Positions 10,920-20,079 of a stretch of DNA of 64,000 bases are shown one piece after another. Position numbers and translations under genes: made by a program. How positions within the stretch are numbered: the first letter of the stretch is position 1; each line of letters begins with the position of its first letter. The DNA is taken from contig JBGARZ010000008.1 in the NCBI GenBank assembly GCA_044229975.1, forward strand, positions 1 to 64,000. Direction: 5' to 3'. Under the pieces are notes generated by a model. That model ran no database searches. It worked only from the letters and a program-made list of their open reading frames with translations, and was not told the DNA's origin. Source of the DNA: Polyangiales bacterium. Lineage in GTDB: Bacteria; Myxococcota_A; Polyangia; Polyangiales; Ga0077539.

Positions 10920-13376
10920 ATGATGGCATCGTCTCGCGGTGTGAGACTTCGAGCCTTCGTTCTGCCCGTCCTCGCCACCCTCGGCTGCGACGTCTACGAC
11001 CCCGCCCTCCTCAATCGACGCGACGCGAGCACCGACGCCGCGCGTGACGTCCCCACCGACCGCGGAACCACCTCCGACCTCGCCACCGACCAGCCCCCGG
11101 CCGACGACCTCGGCACGCCCGCCGGCGACGTCACCGTGGACGTCACGACGATGGACGTCCGCGACGCGGGCGCCGACGCGACCGTCGACGTGAGCAGTGA
11201 CCTCGGGCGCGACGTCGTGGTGGGAGACACGGGCGCCGACGCCGGACAGAGCTGCACCACCACGCTGGCCATGGGCTCGCCCTGCATCGAGCCCGTGACG
11301 GGCCATCGCTGGAACCCCGACGACCGGCGGCTCATCGCCCCGGGCGCGATGGTGCTCGCCTCCGACCGCTTGTACGTGAGCGACCCCGCGAGCTCGCGCG
11401 TGATGTCCTACGACCTGAGCACCGCGATGCTCCCGCCGACCCGCGTGCTCGGCACGGGCGTCGCGGGCATCTCGCTCACGGGCGGCGTCGCGCGCTCGAC
11501 GCCGGTGCTGGGCATCACGTCGATGGTCAACCCCGAGGGCTCGACCTTCCTCTTCGGCGACACCGAAGCCCACCAGGTGCTGCGGCTGCGCGACGGGCAG
11601 ATCAGTCCCGTGCCGCTGGCGCTGTCGTTTCCAGTCGGGCCCTTCGGGATGGCGTACGCGTCGGATACGCGCGAGCTCTTCATCGTCGGCGACAACCGCC
11701 TCCACGTCGTGAGCCTGGACAACGACGGCGGCTTCGGGACGCCCACCACCGTGGTCGGACAGATGTGCGGCGGGTCGTGCGTCGGCTTCAACGGCGACGG
11801 CATGCCGGGCACCATGACGGCGCTCGCCAACCCCGTGAGCGTCGATGTCAGCCCGACCTACGTCTACTTCTCCGACCGCGACAACTGCCGCATCCGACGC
11901 TTCCGGCGCGACGACGTGGCGCACACCGTCGAGACCTTCGCCGGGTCGACCTGCGACCTCACCGGCGACCTGCTCGCGGGCTCCTCCGACGGCTTCCCCA
12001 CGCGCACCATGCTGCGCCTCGGCCGCGTCACCGACGTGCGCTTCGGGTCCGAAGGGTCGGTGTACCTCGTCGACGCCAGCCACTGCGCGGTGGTGCAGGT
12101 GGTGGGGCCGACGCTCAGCGTCGCGCGCGTCGTCCTCGGCTCGCGCTTCGGCTGCAACCAGCCCGTCCTCGCGGGCGAACCCATCGGGCGCATCGGCGGG
12201 CTCGCCATGAGCACCGATCGGTCGTCGTTCTATGTGAGCGACCAGCGGTTGCAGCGGGTGCTGCGCGTCGCCAACACCGGCGGCGGCGGATCGCCCACCG
12301 TGACCGTCTCGCAGACCTTCGGTCCGACGCCCGCGCCCGACGAAGACGCGTCGCTGCTGCGGGTCGGTCGCCCGTCGGCGCTCACCGTCATCAACGACGG
12401 AACGCTGATGCTGGTGGGCGGTCAGGCCGAGGGTCGGCTGTATAGCGTCGAGGCGAACCGCACGCGGGTGGTGCTGGGTGCGGGCACGGCCTCGCCGGTC
12501 GCGACGGCCGACCCGGTGACGGCGGCGACGCTGCCGACGACCTGGGTGGCGGGCCTCGGCGGCGACGGCACCCGCGCGGTGCTGGGCATGCCCGAGCGCG
12601 GGGTCATCGCCGACCTGAGCGGCTTCGTGACGGGCGCCACCATGCGACGCATCGCCGGTCGCTACACCGCGGAGGCAGCCGACGCGGGTGTGGTGCGCGA
12701 TGCTGGCGCCGATGCGCGGGTGACGGCGACGGAGACGACGTTCCAGCGACCGGGGTGGCCGTTCGTGCAGGGCGCGCGGACGTGGTTCAGCGACGCGGCG
12801 GGGCGCGTGTGGCGCGTGGACACGGCGGGCGACGCGGGCGTGGCGGAGATCGTCGCGGGCAGCGGCGCGGCCACGCCGACGGGCGTGCTGGACGGCGGAA
12901 CCATCGCGGCCGGCGCAGCGCCGCTCGGGAGCCCGGTGGCCTTCGCGCTCGACGGCGCGGGCACCTTGTACATCGCCGACGCGCAGCGGTACGTGGTGTG
13001 GGGCGTGAGCGCGGCGGGCGAGGCCCGCGTGGTGGCGGGCGTGCTCGATCAGCGCTCGCCGCTGGGTGATGACGCGAGCCCGGCGACGACGCGCGGCATC
13101 GCGCAGCCGGTGGCGCTCGCGTACGACGGAACGGACACGCTGTACGTCGCCGACGCGGCGGCCAACCGGGTGCGCGCGATCACGCTGAGCACCGGGCGCA
13201 TGGCGACGGTGGCGGGCTCCGGCGCGACGACGACGACGGCGCCGACGTCGAGCGGGGACTACGGTCCGGCGAGGTCGGCGCAGCTCGCGCAGCCGACGGC
13301 GCTGGCGTGGGTGCGAGGGCGGCTGTACGTGGCCGAGGGCGCGTCGGGGCGGGTGCGCGCGATCGTGCTGCCGTAG
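10920..13376 (+). CDS. Lipoprotein with NHL/beta-propeller repeats
   Basis: Lipobox ATLGC, D/A/G/T-rich linker, repeated LYVSD/VYFSD/LYIAD/LYVAD units and GFNGDG...ALANP; exact start uncertain (10920-10941). Confidence 0.8.
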   Translation: MMASSRGVRLRAFVLPVLATLGCDVYDPALLNRRDASTDAARDVPTDRGTTSDLATDQPPADDLGTPAGDVTVDVTTMDVRDAGADATVDVSSDLGRDVVVGDTGADAGQSCTTTLAMGSPCIEPVTGHRWNPDDRRLIAPGAMVLASDRLYVSDPASSRVMSYDLSTAMLPPTRVLGTGVAGISLTGGVARSTPVLGITSMVNPEGSTFLFGDTEAHQVLRLRDGQISPVPLALSFPVGPFGMAYASDTRELFIVGDNRLHVVSLDNDGGFGTPTTVVGQMCGGSCVGFNGDGMPGTMTALANPVSVDVSPTYVYFSDRDNCRIRRFRRDDVAHTVETFAGSTCDLTGDLLAGSSDGFPTRTMLRLGRVTDVRFGSEGSVYLVDASHCAVVQVVGPTLSVARVVLGSRFGCNQPVLAGEPIGRIGGLAMSTDRSSFYVSDQRLQRVLRVANTGGGGSPTVTVSQTFGPTPAPDEDASLLRVGRPSALTVINDGTLMLVGGQAEGRLYSVEANRTRVVLGAGTASPVATADPVTAATLPTTWVAGLGGDGTRAVLGMPERGVIADLSGFVTGATMRRIAGRYTAEAADAGVVRDAGADARVTATETTFQRPGWPFVQGARTWFSDAAGRVWRVDTAGDAGVAEIVAGSGAATPTGVLDGGTIAAGAAPLGSPVAFALDGAGTLYIADAQRYVVWGVSAAGEARVVAGVLDQRSPLGDDASPATTRGIAQPVALAYDGTDTLYVADAAANRVRAITLSTGRMATVAGSGATTTTAPTSSGDYGPARSAQLAQPTALAWVRGRLYVAEGASGRVRAIVLP

Positions 13377-13398
13377 GTCCTCGCGAGAGGCTTCGTCG

Positions 13399-14196
13399 AT
13401 GTCGTCCTACGTCACCTACTACCTGCTGTGGATGGTCGTCGCGTACGCCGCCAACGACCCGCGGCTGCTCCTCGGCCTCGTCCTCTTCTTCGCGCTGCGA
13501 TCGTTCATTCCCGACCCTGGCGCCATCGGGCGGGCGTTCAGCCGCTCGCGCGCGCTGTCGACCCAGGTGCGCGTCAACCCGGCGAACGTCGTCGCGCGCC
13601 GCGACCTCGCCACGATCTACCTCGACCTCCTTCGCCCACGAGCGGCGCTCGCGTTGGTCGAAGCCGCCCTCCTGCGCGCACCGGACGACCCCGACCTGCT
13701 CTTCCTCTCCGGCGTGGCGCTCCACCGCATCGGCCGCCACGAGGAGGCCCTCGCGCCGCTCGTGCGCTGCGTCGAAGGGCGGCTCATCCGCTACGGCGAG
13801 CCCTACTTCGTCGCGGGCGAGGCCCTGTTCGCGCTCGGTCGCATGCAAGAGGCCATCGACGCCTACCAGCGCTACGCCCGCGTCAACCACTCCGACGTGC
13901 GCGTGCACGTCCGGCTCGCCCGCGCCTTCGATCGCACCGGCGACCGCGCCGCGGTGCGCGCCGCACTCGACATGGCCGTCGAGACCTGGACCGACATCCC
14001 GGGCGCGATGCGCCGCCGCGCCTTCGGCTACTGGCTCTCGGCCCAGTGGCTGCGCGCGCGCCTGCTCGGCGACCCCTTCGTGATCGGCGTGGGCCTCGCG
14101 CTGGTGCTCGTCGTTGGTGCCGTCGGGTGGTCCGCCGCGCCGCGTGTGCGCGCGATGGCGCACCGCGCGTCCGAGTCCACGCAGCGCGCCCGCTGA
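13399..14196 (+). CDS. Membrane-anchored TPR protein
   Basis: N-terminal and C-terminal hydrophobic segments around TPR-like helices (FLSGVALHRIGRHEEA, FVAGEALFALGRMQEA). Confidence 0.7.
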   Translation: MSSYVTYYLLWMVVAYAANDPRLLLGLVLFFALRSFIPDPGAIGRAFSRSRALSTQVRVNPANVVARRDLATIYLDLLRPRAALALVEAALLRAPDDPDLLFLSGVALHRIGRHEEALAPLVRCVEGRLIRYGEPYFVAGEALFALGRMQEAIDAYQRYARVNHSDVRVHVRLARAFDRTGDRAAVRAALDMAVETWTDIPGAMRRRAFGYWLSAQWLRARLLGDPFVIGVGLALVLVVGAVGWSAAPRVRAMAHRASESTQRAR

Positions 14197-14199
14197 CGA

Positions 14200-16623
14200 T
14201 CAGCCCGGCGGCGGCTGGTTCGCGGGTACCAGGATGTACACCTCGCGGGTGTCGAGCACGGTCACGCCGTCGCCCACCACGTCGATGAACGCCCTGAACA
14301 GCGTCGACTCCTGCGAGGCGCCCTGGAAGACGCCGTCGTTCTGGAAGAAGATCGTGAACCGCACGCGCGTCCCGGGGACCACCCGATAGAAGGTGCTGAG
14401 GTCGGTGCGCGCGACGGCGTCGGCGTGGGCGACGCCCTCGGACTCCGTCCAGCAGCGGTCGTTGATCGGCGCGATCTGGCACGACGGCGTGCGGCGGCGG
14501 ATGAAGCGCGTCGCGTCGACGCTGTACGGGTTCGCCCCGTCGTTGCGGGGGATGGTGTTGATGTCGAGCGGAACGCGCGTCGCGATGGTGTTCACCGCGT
14601 CGACGACGGAGCTCACGAACGCGGGCGAGACGGTGGTTCCGCCGCCCGGCAGGTCGAAGATGAGGGGATTGCCGTCGAGGTCGACCGAGCCCGTTCCTTC
14701 CGCGACGATGCGGAAGTCGTAGCAGGGGCGGCCCGGCGTGCGCGTCGACGGGCGCATGCCTTCGCAGCGGGTTCCGCCGGAGGCGTTGAGGCTGATCATG
14801 CGGCCCGAGCGCGCGTTGAAGGCGTTGACCACGTCTTCGATGTTGTGCGGCGTCGGCGAGATGCCCGTGTACGGGTTGGAGAACGGCCCCATCGGCACCG
14901 CCGGATCACGCGACCCGTTGTGGAAGTCGATGTCCGTGAAGTGGATCACGATGGGCAGCGCGCCGATGCGGAAGCACGGGTGGCCGTAGGTCCCGTCGAC
15001 GCAGTTGTTGGGCGCCACCCAGCACGGCGAGCGGCCGGGGTCGCCGGTGCACGCCATGGGGTTCGAACGGTCGAAGAGACCTTCGCCGGTGATGGTCTGG
15101 TAGAGCGCCTCGACCTGCGACTCGGGGCCGTCGCCGCCGCTGCCCAGACGGATGCCGTTGACGGCGGCCTGCACGTCCATGGCGCGCGACGCGGGCTGCA
15201 TGGTGATGCCCGAGTTGGCGAGGCAGCGGGGCGTTCCGGGCGGGCCCGCGCACACCGGCCACAGGGCGCGGTCGGAGCCGGCGCCGAAGCCGCCGCTGGG
15301 GAAGTCGTCGTAGTGGTTCACGCCGAACCAGGTGTCCGGGATGAGCGAAGTGATGCTGTCGATGAGGCCCGTGCGCGGCGTCGCGATGGAGCGCTGCACG
15401 TTGGCGAGAACACCACCCATCGACCCCGTCGTGTCGCTGATGAAGTACACGTCGGCGACGCGGAGGTTGGAGCCGAACTCCAGCTCGCGGCTCACCTGCG
15501 GGCCCATCCACGGGAGGATGAGGTAGTAGTCCGTGTCGGGGATGCGGGTCGATCGATCGGTCGCGCAGCTGGTGCGCATGTGGTTGCGGCACCAGGCGAC
15601 CTCGGCCGAGTCGAGCTGCCCGTCGCCGTCGGAGTCGGGGTTGCACCGGTCGGTGTTGGCGAGGATCTCCTCGCGGTCGCTCAACCCGTCGTTGTCGGAG
15701 TCGGTGTCGAGGAAGTCCGGGATGCCGTCGGGCATCGGGCGCGTGAGGTCGAGCGTGCGGACGTCGAGCTCGCGCGCGCACTCGTTGGCGCTCGTCGCGA
15801 GGTCGATGTCGCCGGCCTCCTGCTCGTCGCTCCCCTGATCGCTGCCGGTGGGCTGGTCGCCGTCGCTGTCGAGGTCCCGGTAGTTCGGGGTCATGTCCTC
15901 GTCGCGGTCGTTGGTCCCCTCCTGCGCGTCGGTGACGGTGTCGCCGTCGCTGTCGTTGTCGCGGTAGTCGGGAACGCCATCCATGTCCGTGTCCGTCGGC
16001 GCCGCCGCGGTGCCCGGAGCGATCTCCGCGGCGTTGCTGATGCGGTCGTTGTCGGCGTCGGTGTCGGCGTAGTCGGGGATGTTGTCGCCGTCGGTGTCGA
16101 AGGGGTGGCAGGTCCAGCCGTTGACGACGTCGGGGTTGAGGCCGCGCTCGTTGCCGCGGTAGCAATCCGACGCGGGCGCGACGTTGCCACCGGGCTGCGC
16201 GGGTGACGCGGCGACCTGAACGGCGTCGCGGATGCCATCGCCGTTGGCGTCGGTGTCGAGGAAGTCGGGCGTTCCGTCGCGGTCGTTGTCATCGGGCGGG
16301 AGGTCGCAGCTGAAGGGCTGGCCGTGGCCGCCCTCGAAGCGATCGGAGATGCCGTCGTTGTCCGAGTCGATGTCCTCGGTGTTGGCGACGCCGTCGCCGT
16401 CGGCGTCACCGGCGCCCTCGTAGCGGTTGGAGATGCCGTCGCCATCGGGGTCGTTTTGCGGGGCGCAGGGCTCCACGACGACGTTGCCGGCGTCGCCGCC
16501 CGACCCGACGTCGGTGGTGGAGGGCGCGGCGTCGGTGGCGGTCACGGTGTCGGTGCACCCGGCGGCGAGCACCCACGCGCCCGCGGCGAGCAGACGAACC
16601 CAAGGCAAGGACAAGCGCTGCAT
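14200..16623 (-). CDS. Lipoprotein with thrombospondin type-3 Ca-binding repeats and a vWA domain (CglD-like adhesin)
   Basis: Lipobox LAAGC; many DxDxDGxxD repeats; MIDAS-like FISDTTGSM, GGDGPES, IHFTD. Confidence 0.8.
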   Translation of the reverse strand: MQRLSLPWVRLLAAGAWVLAAGCTDTVTATDAAPSTTDVGSGGDAGNVVVEPCAPQNDPDGDGISNRYEGAGDADGDGVANTEDIDSDNDGISDRFEGGHGQPFSCDLPPDDNDRDGTPDFLDTDANGDGIRDAVQVAASPAQPGGNVAPASDCYRGNERGLNPDVVNGWTCHPFDTDGDNIPDYADTDADNDRISNAAEIAPGTAAAPTDTDMDGVPDYRDNDSDGDTVTDAQEGTNDRDEDMTPNYRDLDSDGDQPTGSDQGSDEQEAGDIDLATSANECARELDVRTLDLTRPMPDGIPDFLDTDSDNDGLSDREEILANTDRCNPDSDGDGQLDSAEVAWCRNHMRTSCATDRSTRIPDTDYYLILPWMGPQVSRELEFGSNLRVADVYFISDTTGSMGGVLANVQRSIATPRTGLIDSITSLIPDTWFGVNHYDDFPSGGFGAGSDRALWPVCAGPPGTPRCLANSGITMQPASRAMDVQAAVNGIRLGSGGDGPESQVEALYQTITGEGLFDRSNPMACTGDPGRSPCWVAPNNCVDGTYGHPCFRIGALPIVIHFTDIDFHNGSRDPAVPMGPFSNPYTGISPTPHNIEDVVNAFNARSGRMISLNASGGTRCEGMRPSTRTPGRPCYDFRIVAEGTGSVDLDGNPLIFDLPGGGTTVSPAFVSSVVDAVNTIATRVPLDINTIPRNDGANPYSVDATRFIRRRTPSCQIAPINDRCWTESEGVAHADAVARTDLSTFYRVVPGTRVRFTIFFQNDGVFQGASQESTLFRAFIDVVGDGVTVLDTREVYILVPANQPPPG

Positions 16624-16724
16624 GTTGGGCGGATGACACCCGTCCGCGGCCCGCGGGTCAAGCGCGCAGCGCGGGATCTGTCAGTGCGGCGCGGTCGGCG
16701 CGGGGGTGCTTATACTCGCGCGCC

Positions 16725-17525
16725 ATGAGCGGTCGGACGTTTGCGAAGTACGAGGGCCTGGGCAACGACTTCCTGGTGCTCGACGCGGGCGAGTGGCCCG
16801 AGTCCGAGCTCACCCCGGCGCTGGCCCGACGCCTGTGCGACCGGCACCGCGGCGTCGGCGGCGACGGCTTGCTCTGGGTCGATCGCGCGGGGGGCGCCGT
16901 GCGGATGGTGATCCTCAACGCAGACGGGTCGCGGCCGGAGATGTGCGGCAACGGCGTTCGGTGCGTGGCGGCGTGGCTGGTCGACCGCGGCGAGCTCGCG
17001 GTGGGCGCGCAGGTGGTGGTGCAGAGCGACGCGGGGCCGCGGCCGGTGACGGTGCACGCGGTGCGCGACGGGGTCGCCGAGGTGGAGGTCGCGATGGGCC
17101 GCGCCGTGGTGACGACGGAGGCCGACGCGGTGAGCGTGGGTGGTGAGCGGGTGGCGGTTCGCGCGGTGGACATGGGCAATCCGCACGGGGTGGTGTTTGC
17201 GCCGACGGACGACACGATGGGCCTGGTGCGTGCGGTGACGGGGCTGGCGGCCTTTCCGAAGGGCGTCAACGTGGAGCTCGTGGCGCCGGAAGAGGGCGGG
17301 TTTCGGGTGCGCGTTCACGAGCGGGGCGTCGGGTGGACGCAGGCGTGCGGGACGGGCGCGTGCGCGGTGGCGGCGGCGGCGGTGGCCGAGGGGCGCTGGC
17401 GCGCGGGCGAGGCGGTGACGGTGCGGCTCGACGGCGGGCCGTTGGTCATCACGGTGGCAGCCGGGAGCTGGGACGTGACGATGAGGGGCCCGGCGCGGCG
17501 GGCGTTCGAGGGGACGGTGGGCTGA
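16725..17525 (+). CDS. dapF: Diaminopimelate epimerase
   Basis: KYEGLGNDF, NADGSRPEMCGNG, DMGNPH, HERGVGWTQACGTG. Confidence 0.96.
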   Translation: MSGRTFAKYEGLGNDFLVLDAGEWPESELTPALARRLCDRHRGVGGDGLLWVDRAGGAVRMVILNADGSRPEMCGNGVRCVAAWLVDRGELAVGAQVVVQSDAGPRPVTVHAVRDGVAEVEVAMGRAVVTTEADAVSVGGERVAVRAVDMGNPHGVVFAPTDDTMGLVRAVTGLAAFPKGVNVELVAPEEGGFRVRVHERGVGWTQACGTGACAVAAAAVAEGRWRAGEAVTVRLDGGPLVITVAAGSWDVTMRGPARRAFEGTVG

Positions 17526-17555
17526 GGCCGGGGTTCGGGCGTTGGCCCAGCGGAT

Positions 17556-18206
17556 CTACGGCTCGAACGGCAACGGATGGATGGCGTACCGCCGGGCGCC
17601 TTCGCAGCGCGGCGTGTCGAGCGTGATGTGAACGCTCTCCGGCAGCCAGCCGCGGCGAGCGAGCGCCCGGTGCGCATCGGGAGACGGGAGAAACATGTCG
17701 AGATGGTGCCCGTTGATGGCGCTGCCGCGGTCGACGGCGACGAAGCAGCCGTCGTGGGTTGATCCGTCGGGGAGCGGCATGCCGATGAGCTCGGCGATCT
17801 CGACGGTGCTGCCCATCGGGACGAAGCGCGGGTCGACGGCGAGCGAGCGGTAGGGGACGAGCGCGTAGCCAGCGACGCCGATGCCGAAGGGGTAGAGCGT
17901 CGGGTCGACCTCGATGTAGCAGGAGTGCCCTTCGCGGCGGGTCGACCAGTTGAAGAGGCGGCCGTCCCAGGAGCGACCGGTTCCTTCCATGGCGAGGGCG
18001 TCGGCGAAGCGGGTGGTGCACCAGGTGAGGGTGCGGCCGCGCGGGTCGAGCACGCGGGCGGCGTGGCGGTCGTCGGGCTGCGGGCGCTCGTGGGCGATCC
18101 AGTAGCGGGTGAGCTGGAACGCACCGGGAACAGCGACCTGAGCGAGCGCGGCCGTGGGCGCGACGGTGAGCGCGAGCGCGGCGGCGAGGAGGGAGCGGGG
18201 GGACAT
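17556..18206 (-). CDS. Exported 3D-domain (MltA-like) cell-wall protein
   Basis: Signal peptide ALA-Q; SLAVDPRFVPMGS, AVDRGSAINGHHLDMF (three catalytic Asp of the 3D domain); AMEGTG. Confidence 0.8.
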   Translation of the reverse strand: MSPRSLLAAALALTVAPTAALAQVAVPGAFQLTRYWIAHERPQPDDRHAARVLDPRGRTLTWCTTRFADALAMEGTGRSWDGRLFNWSTRREGHSCYIEVDPTLYPFGIGVAGYALVPYRSLAVDPRFVPMGSTVEIAELIGMPLPDGSTHDGCFVAVDRGSAINGHHLDMFLPSPDAHRALARRGWLPESVHITLDTPRCEGARRYAIHPLPFEP

Positions 18207-18235
18207 CGCGACGCGAGTGTAGACGAGACGGCGCG

Positions 18236-19753
18236 CTACGGATCATCGGGCAGCGTGACGACAGCCTCCGGTGAGTATGCCGAGCGGTGGTAGATCGCGT
18301 CACAGACCCGACGCCAGAGTTGCGCTCCGATCTCGCGCGACATCGGGAACTCGACCTGATGCGTCGCGACCTCAGCGTCCACCCCCACCAGGAAGGCGGG
18401 CGGTCTGCTCATGTCGTCGTGGAGCCCGGAGCCAGAGTCCATCCCCGGGTCGTTCTGTGCGAACGATTGCATCGTCAGTTCCCCGCCGCCTTCCGCGGTG
18501 ATCTGGATGGCGTCGATCAGCGCCCTTGCCTGCGCGGCCGGGATGCGACCCGACAACTCCAGGCCTCCCCGATTCCTCTCTCCGATGCGAAAGGTCCCAT
18601 CGACGACAAGCGTGCACGACAGCCAGTACGACTCGGCCCCTTGGTTTCCTGCGGTCTGACGCCGGATGCCCTCTGCCCCGACCGAGCACCACCGACCCGG
18701 AGCGCACGGCGAAGATCGCCACCGCTCGGGCTCGCGCGTCAGTTCCAGAAGAGCCGCACGATCAGCCTCTCCGTCGGACTCGGCGTGCGTGACCCAGCGC
18801 CGAGCGACTGTCGACGACGCACAGTGAGCCATCAAACGCTCCGAACCGAATCCATGTCGTCCGTCGGATCCAGTAACGACGCCGCCCGAAGCCCAAACGG
18901 AGCCGAAACTACCGTCGACGCTGCTGAGATCCCTGCGCGGATTCGGTCCCGACTCAACCCTGCAGGGATCGTCACTCATGCGAATCGCTTGCAGCGCGTC
19001 CACCAGCACACTCCAGCGACCGCGTGGCCGGATGTGCAGCAACCGCCATCCGCCCTCGCCCACCAGCATCCCGACCCACACCGTCACCGTCGCCAGCGCC
19101 GCCCACCGTCGCCAGGCGCCATGCCGGTCGCTCGCTCCCGGCGCCAGCAGCCGCGCCACCCTGTACGGCGCCACGTCCTCGGTCGTCACGGCGCGCCCGT
19201 CCGCCCGTGGCCACCACGCCCGACCCAGAGCGACGACGCCCAGCGCGGCGCAAGCCCCTGTCGTCCACACGGCCGATGGCTGCTTCACAGTGAGCGCCAG
19301 AGCCGTCGCGACTAGCGACAATCCCGTCACCTCGTCCAGCCTCCGCGCGGCTCCCAACGTCTCGATGGCCCACGCCCGCCAGCGCGCGATCGTCACCGGC
19401 GCCTGCAACGCCCACCACCCGCCGACCGCCATCAAGAGGTGAACCGGCGCCCACCCGCCCTCGTTCGTGCGAGCCGTCCAGCCCACGCGGGTCATCACCT
19501 CGATCGTCACCGCCGCCAGCCCGAATGCCGCGATGCTCAGCCCGAGCTGCGCGACCATCGCCCCCCACACGCGGCGCGTCCGAACGACCGGCAGCGTCGC
19601 CGCTCCGACGGTCACCGCGAGCACGACTGCCCACACCGGGTGCAACCACGGCGACACCCGCGCCAGCGCGAACCCCTGCACGGCGACCGCCAGCACGGTC
19701 ATCACACGATGCCAGCGAGCGATTTGACGCGCGTGCGGAGCGACGGACTCCAT
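18236..19753 (-). CDS. Hypothetical membrane protein with multi-TM N-half and Cys-containing C-half
   Basis: Long ORF; start set at MESVAPH behind a TACCGT -10-like box; about 7 hydrophobic segments; no recognisable family. Confidence 0.55.
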   Translation of the reverse strand: MESVAPHARQIARWHRVMTVLAVAVQGFALARVSPWLHPVWAVVLAVTVGAATLPVVRTRRVWGAMVAQLGLSIAAFGLAAVTIEVMTRVGWTARTNEGGWAPVHLLMAVGGWWALQAPVTIARWRAWAIETLGAARRLDEVTGLSLVATALALTVKQPSAVWTTGACAALGVVALGRAWWPRADGRAVTTEDVAPYRVARLLAPGASDRHGAWRRWAALATVTVWVGMLVGEGGWRLLHIRPRGRWSVLVDALQAIRMSDDPCRVESGPNPRRDLSSVDGSFGSVWASGGVVTGSDGRHGFGSERLMAHCASSTVARRWVTHAESDGEADRAALLELTREPERWRSSPCAPGRWCSVGAEGIRRQTAGNQGAESYWLSCTLVVDGTFRIGERNRGGLELSGRIPAAQARALIDAIQITAEGGGELTMQSFAQNDPGMDSGSGLHDDMSRPPAFLVGVDAEVATHQVEFPMSREIGAQLWRRVCDAIYHRSAYSPEAVVTLPDDP

Positions 19754-19772
19754 CGAGTCGACGGTACACCAC

Positions 19773-19804
19773 CGGCCGCGGTGTTCGCGCGAGCACCGCG
19801 GCCG
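19773..19804. repeat. 32-bp near-perfect palindrome
   Basis: cggccgcggtgttcgcgcgagcaccgcggccg is self-complementary except for one G-T pair. Confidence 0.9.
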
Positions 19805-19968
19805 ACTCCGACCGCTCCACCGTGTTCGATGCGAACGCCGCAGCCGACTCCGACCGCTCCGCCGTGTTCGATGCGAGCGCCGCAGCCGACTCTGACCGCC
19901 CCGTCGTGTTCGATGCGAACACCGCAGCCGACTCCGACCGCTCCGCCGTGTTCGATGCGAGCGCCGCG
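19801..19968. repeat. Tandem repeat, 4 x 42 bp
   Basis: Consensus gccgactccgaccgctccgccgtgttcgatgcgarcgccgca at 19801, 19843, 19885 and 19927; head-to-tail with no spacers. Confidence 0.95.
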
Positions 19969-20079
19969 GCCCACTCGGAGTCGGTTTTCGCGCTCGCGCG
20001 AACCCCAATGACGAATTCGACGCGACCCACGAAACATCTCCGACCCGTCGTCGCGAAGAGCTTTTCGGAGGTCAACATC

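Noticed and set aside
15600..16450. gtcgccgtc-rich repeats
   Set aside because: Explained by DxDxDG thrombospondin-3 coding repeats.
19821..19922. LexA/SOS boxes in the 42-bp units
   Set aside because: GTTC-N5-GAAC orientation and spacing do not match the LexA boxes I know (GAAC-N4-GTTC, GTTC-N7-GTTC, CTGT-N8-ACAG).
19801..19968. CRISPR array
   Set aside because: Units are head-to-tail with no unique spacers, and no cas genes are in the window.
19525..20079. N-terminal extension of the 20080 gene through the repeat
   Set aside because: It overlaps the divergent gene, and a strong GGAGG precedes the ATG at 20080.
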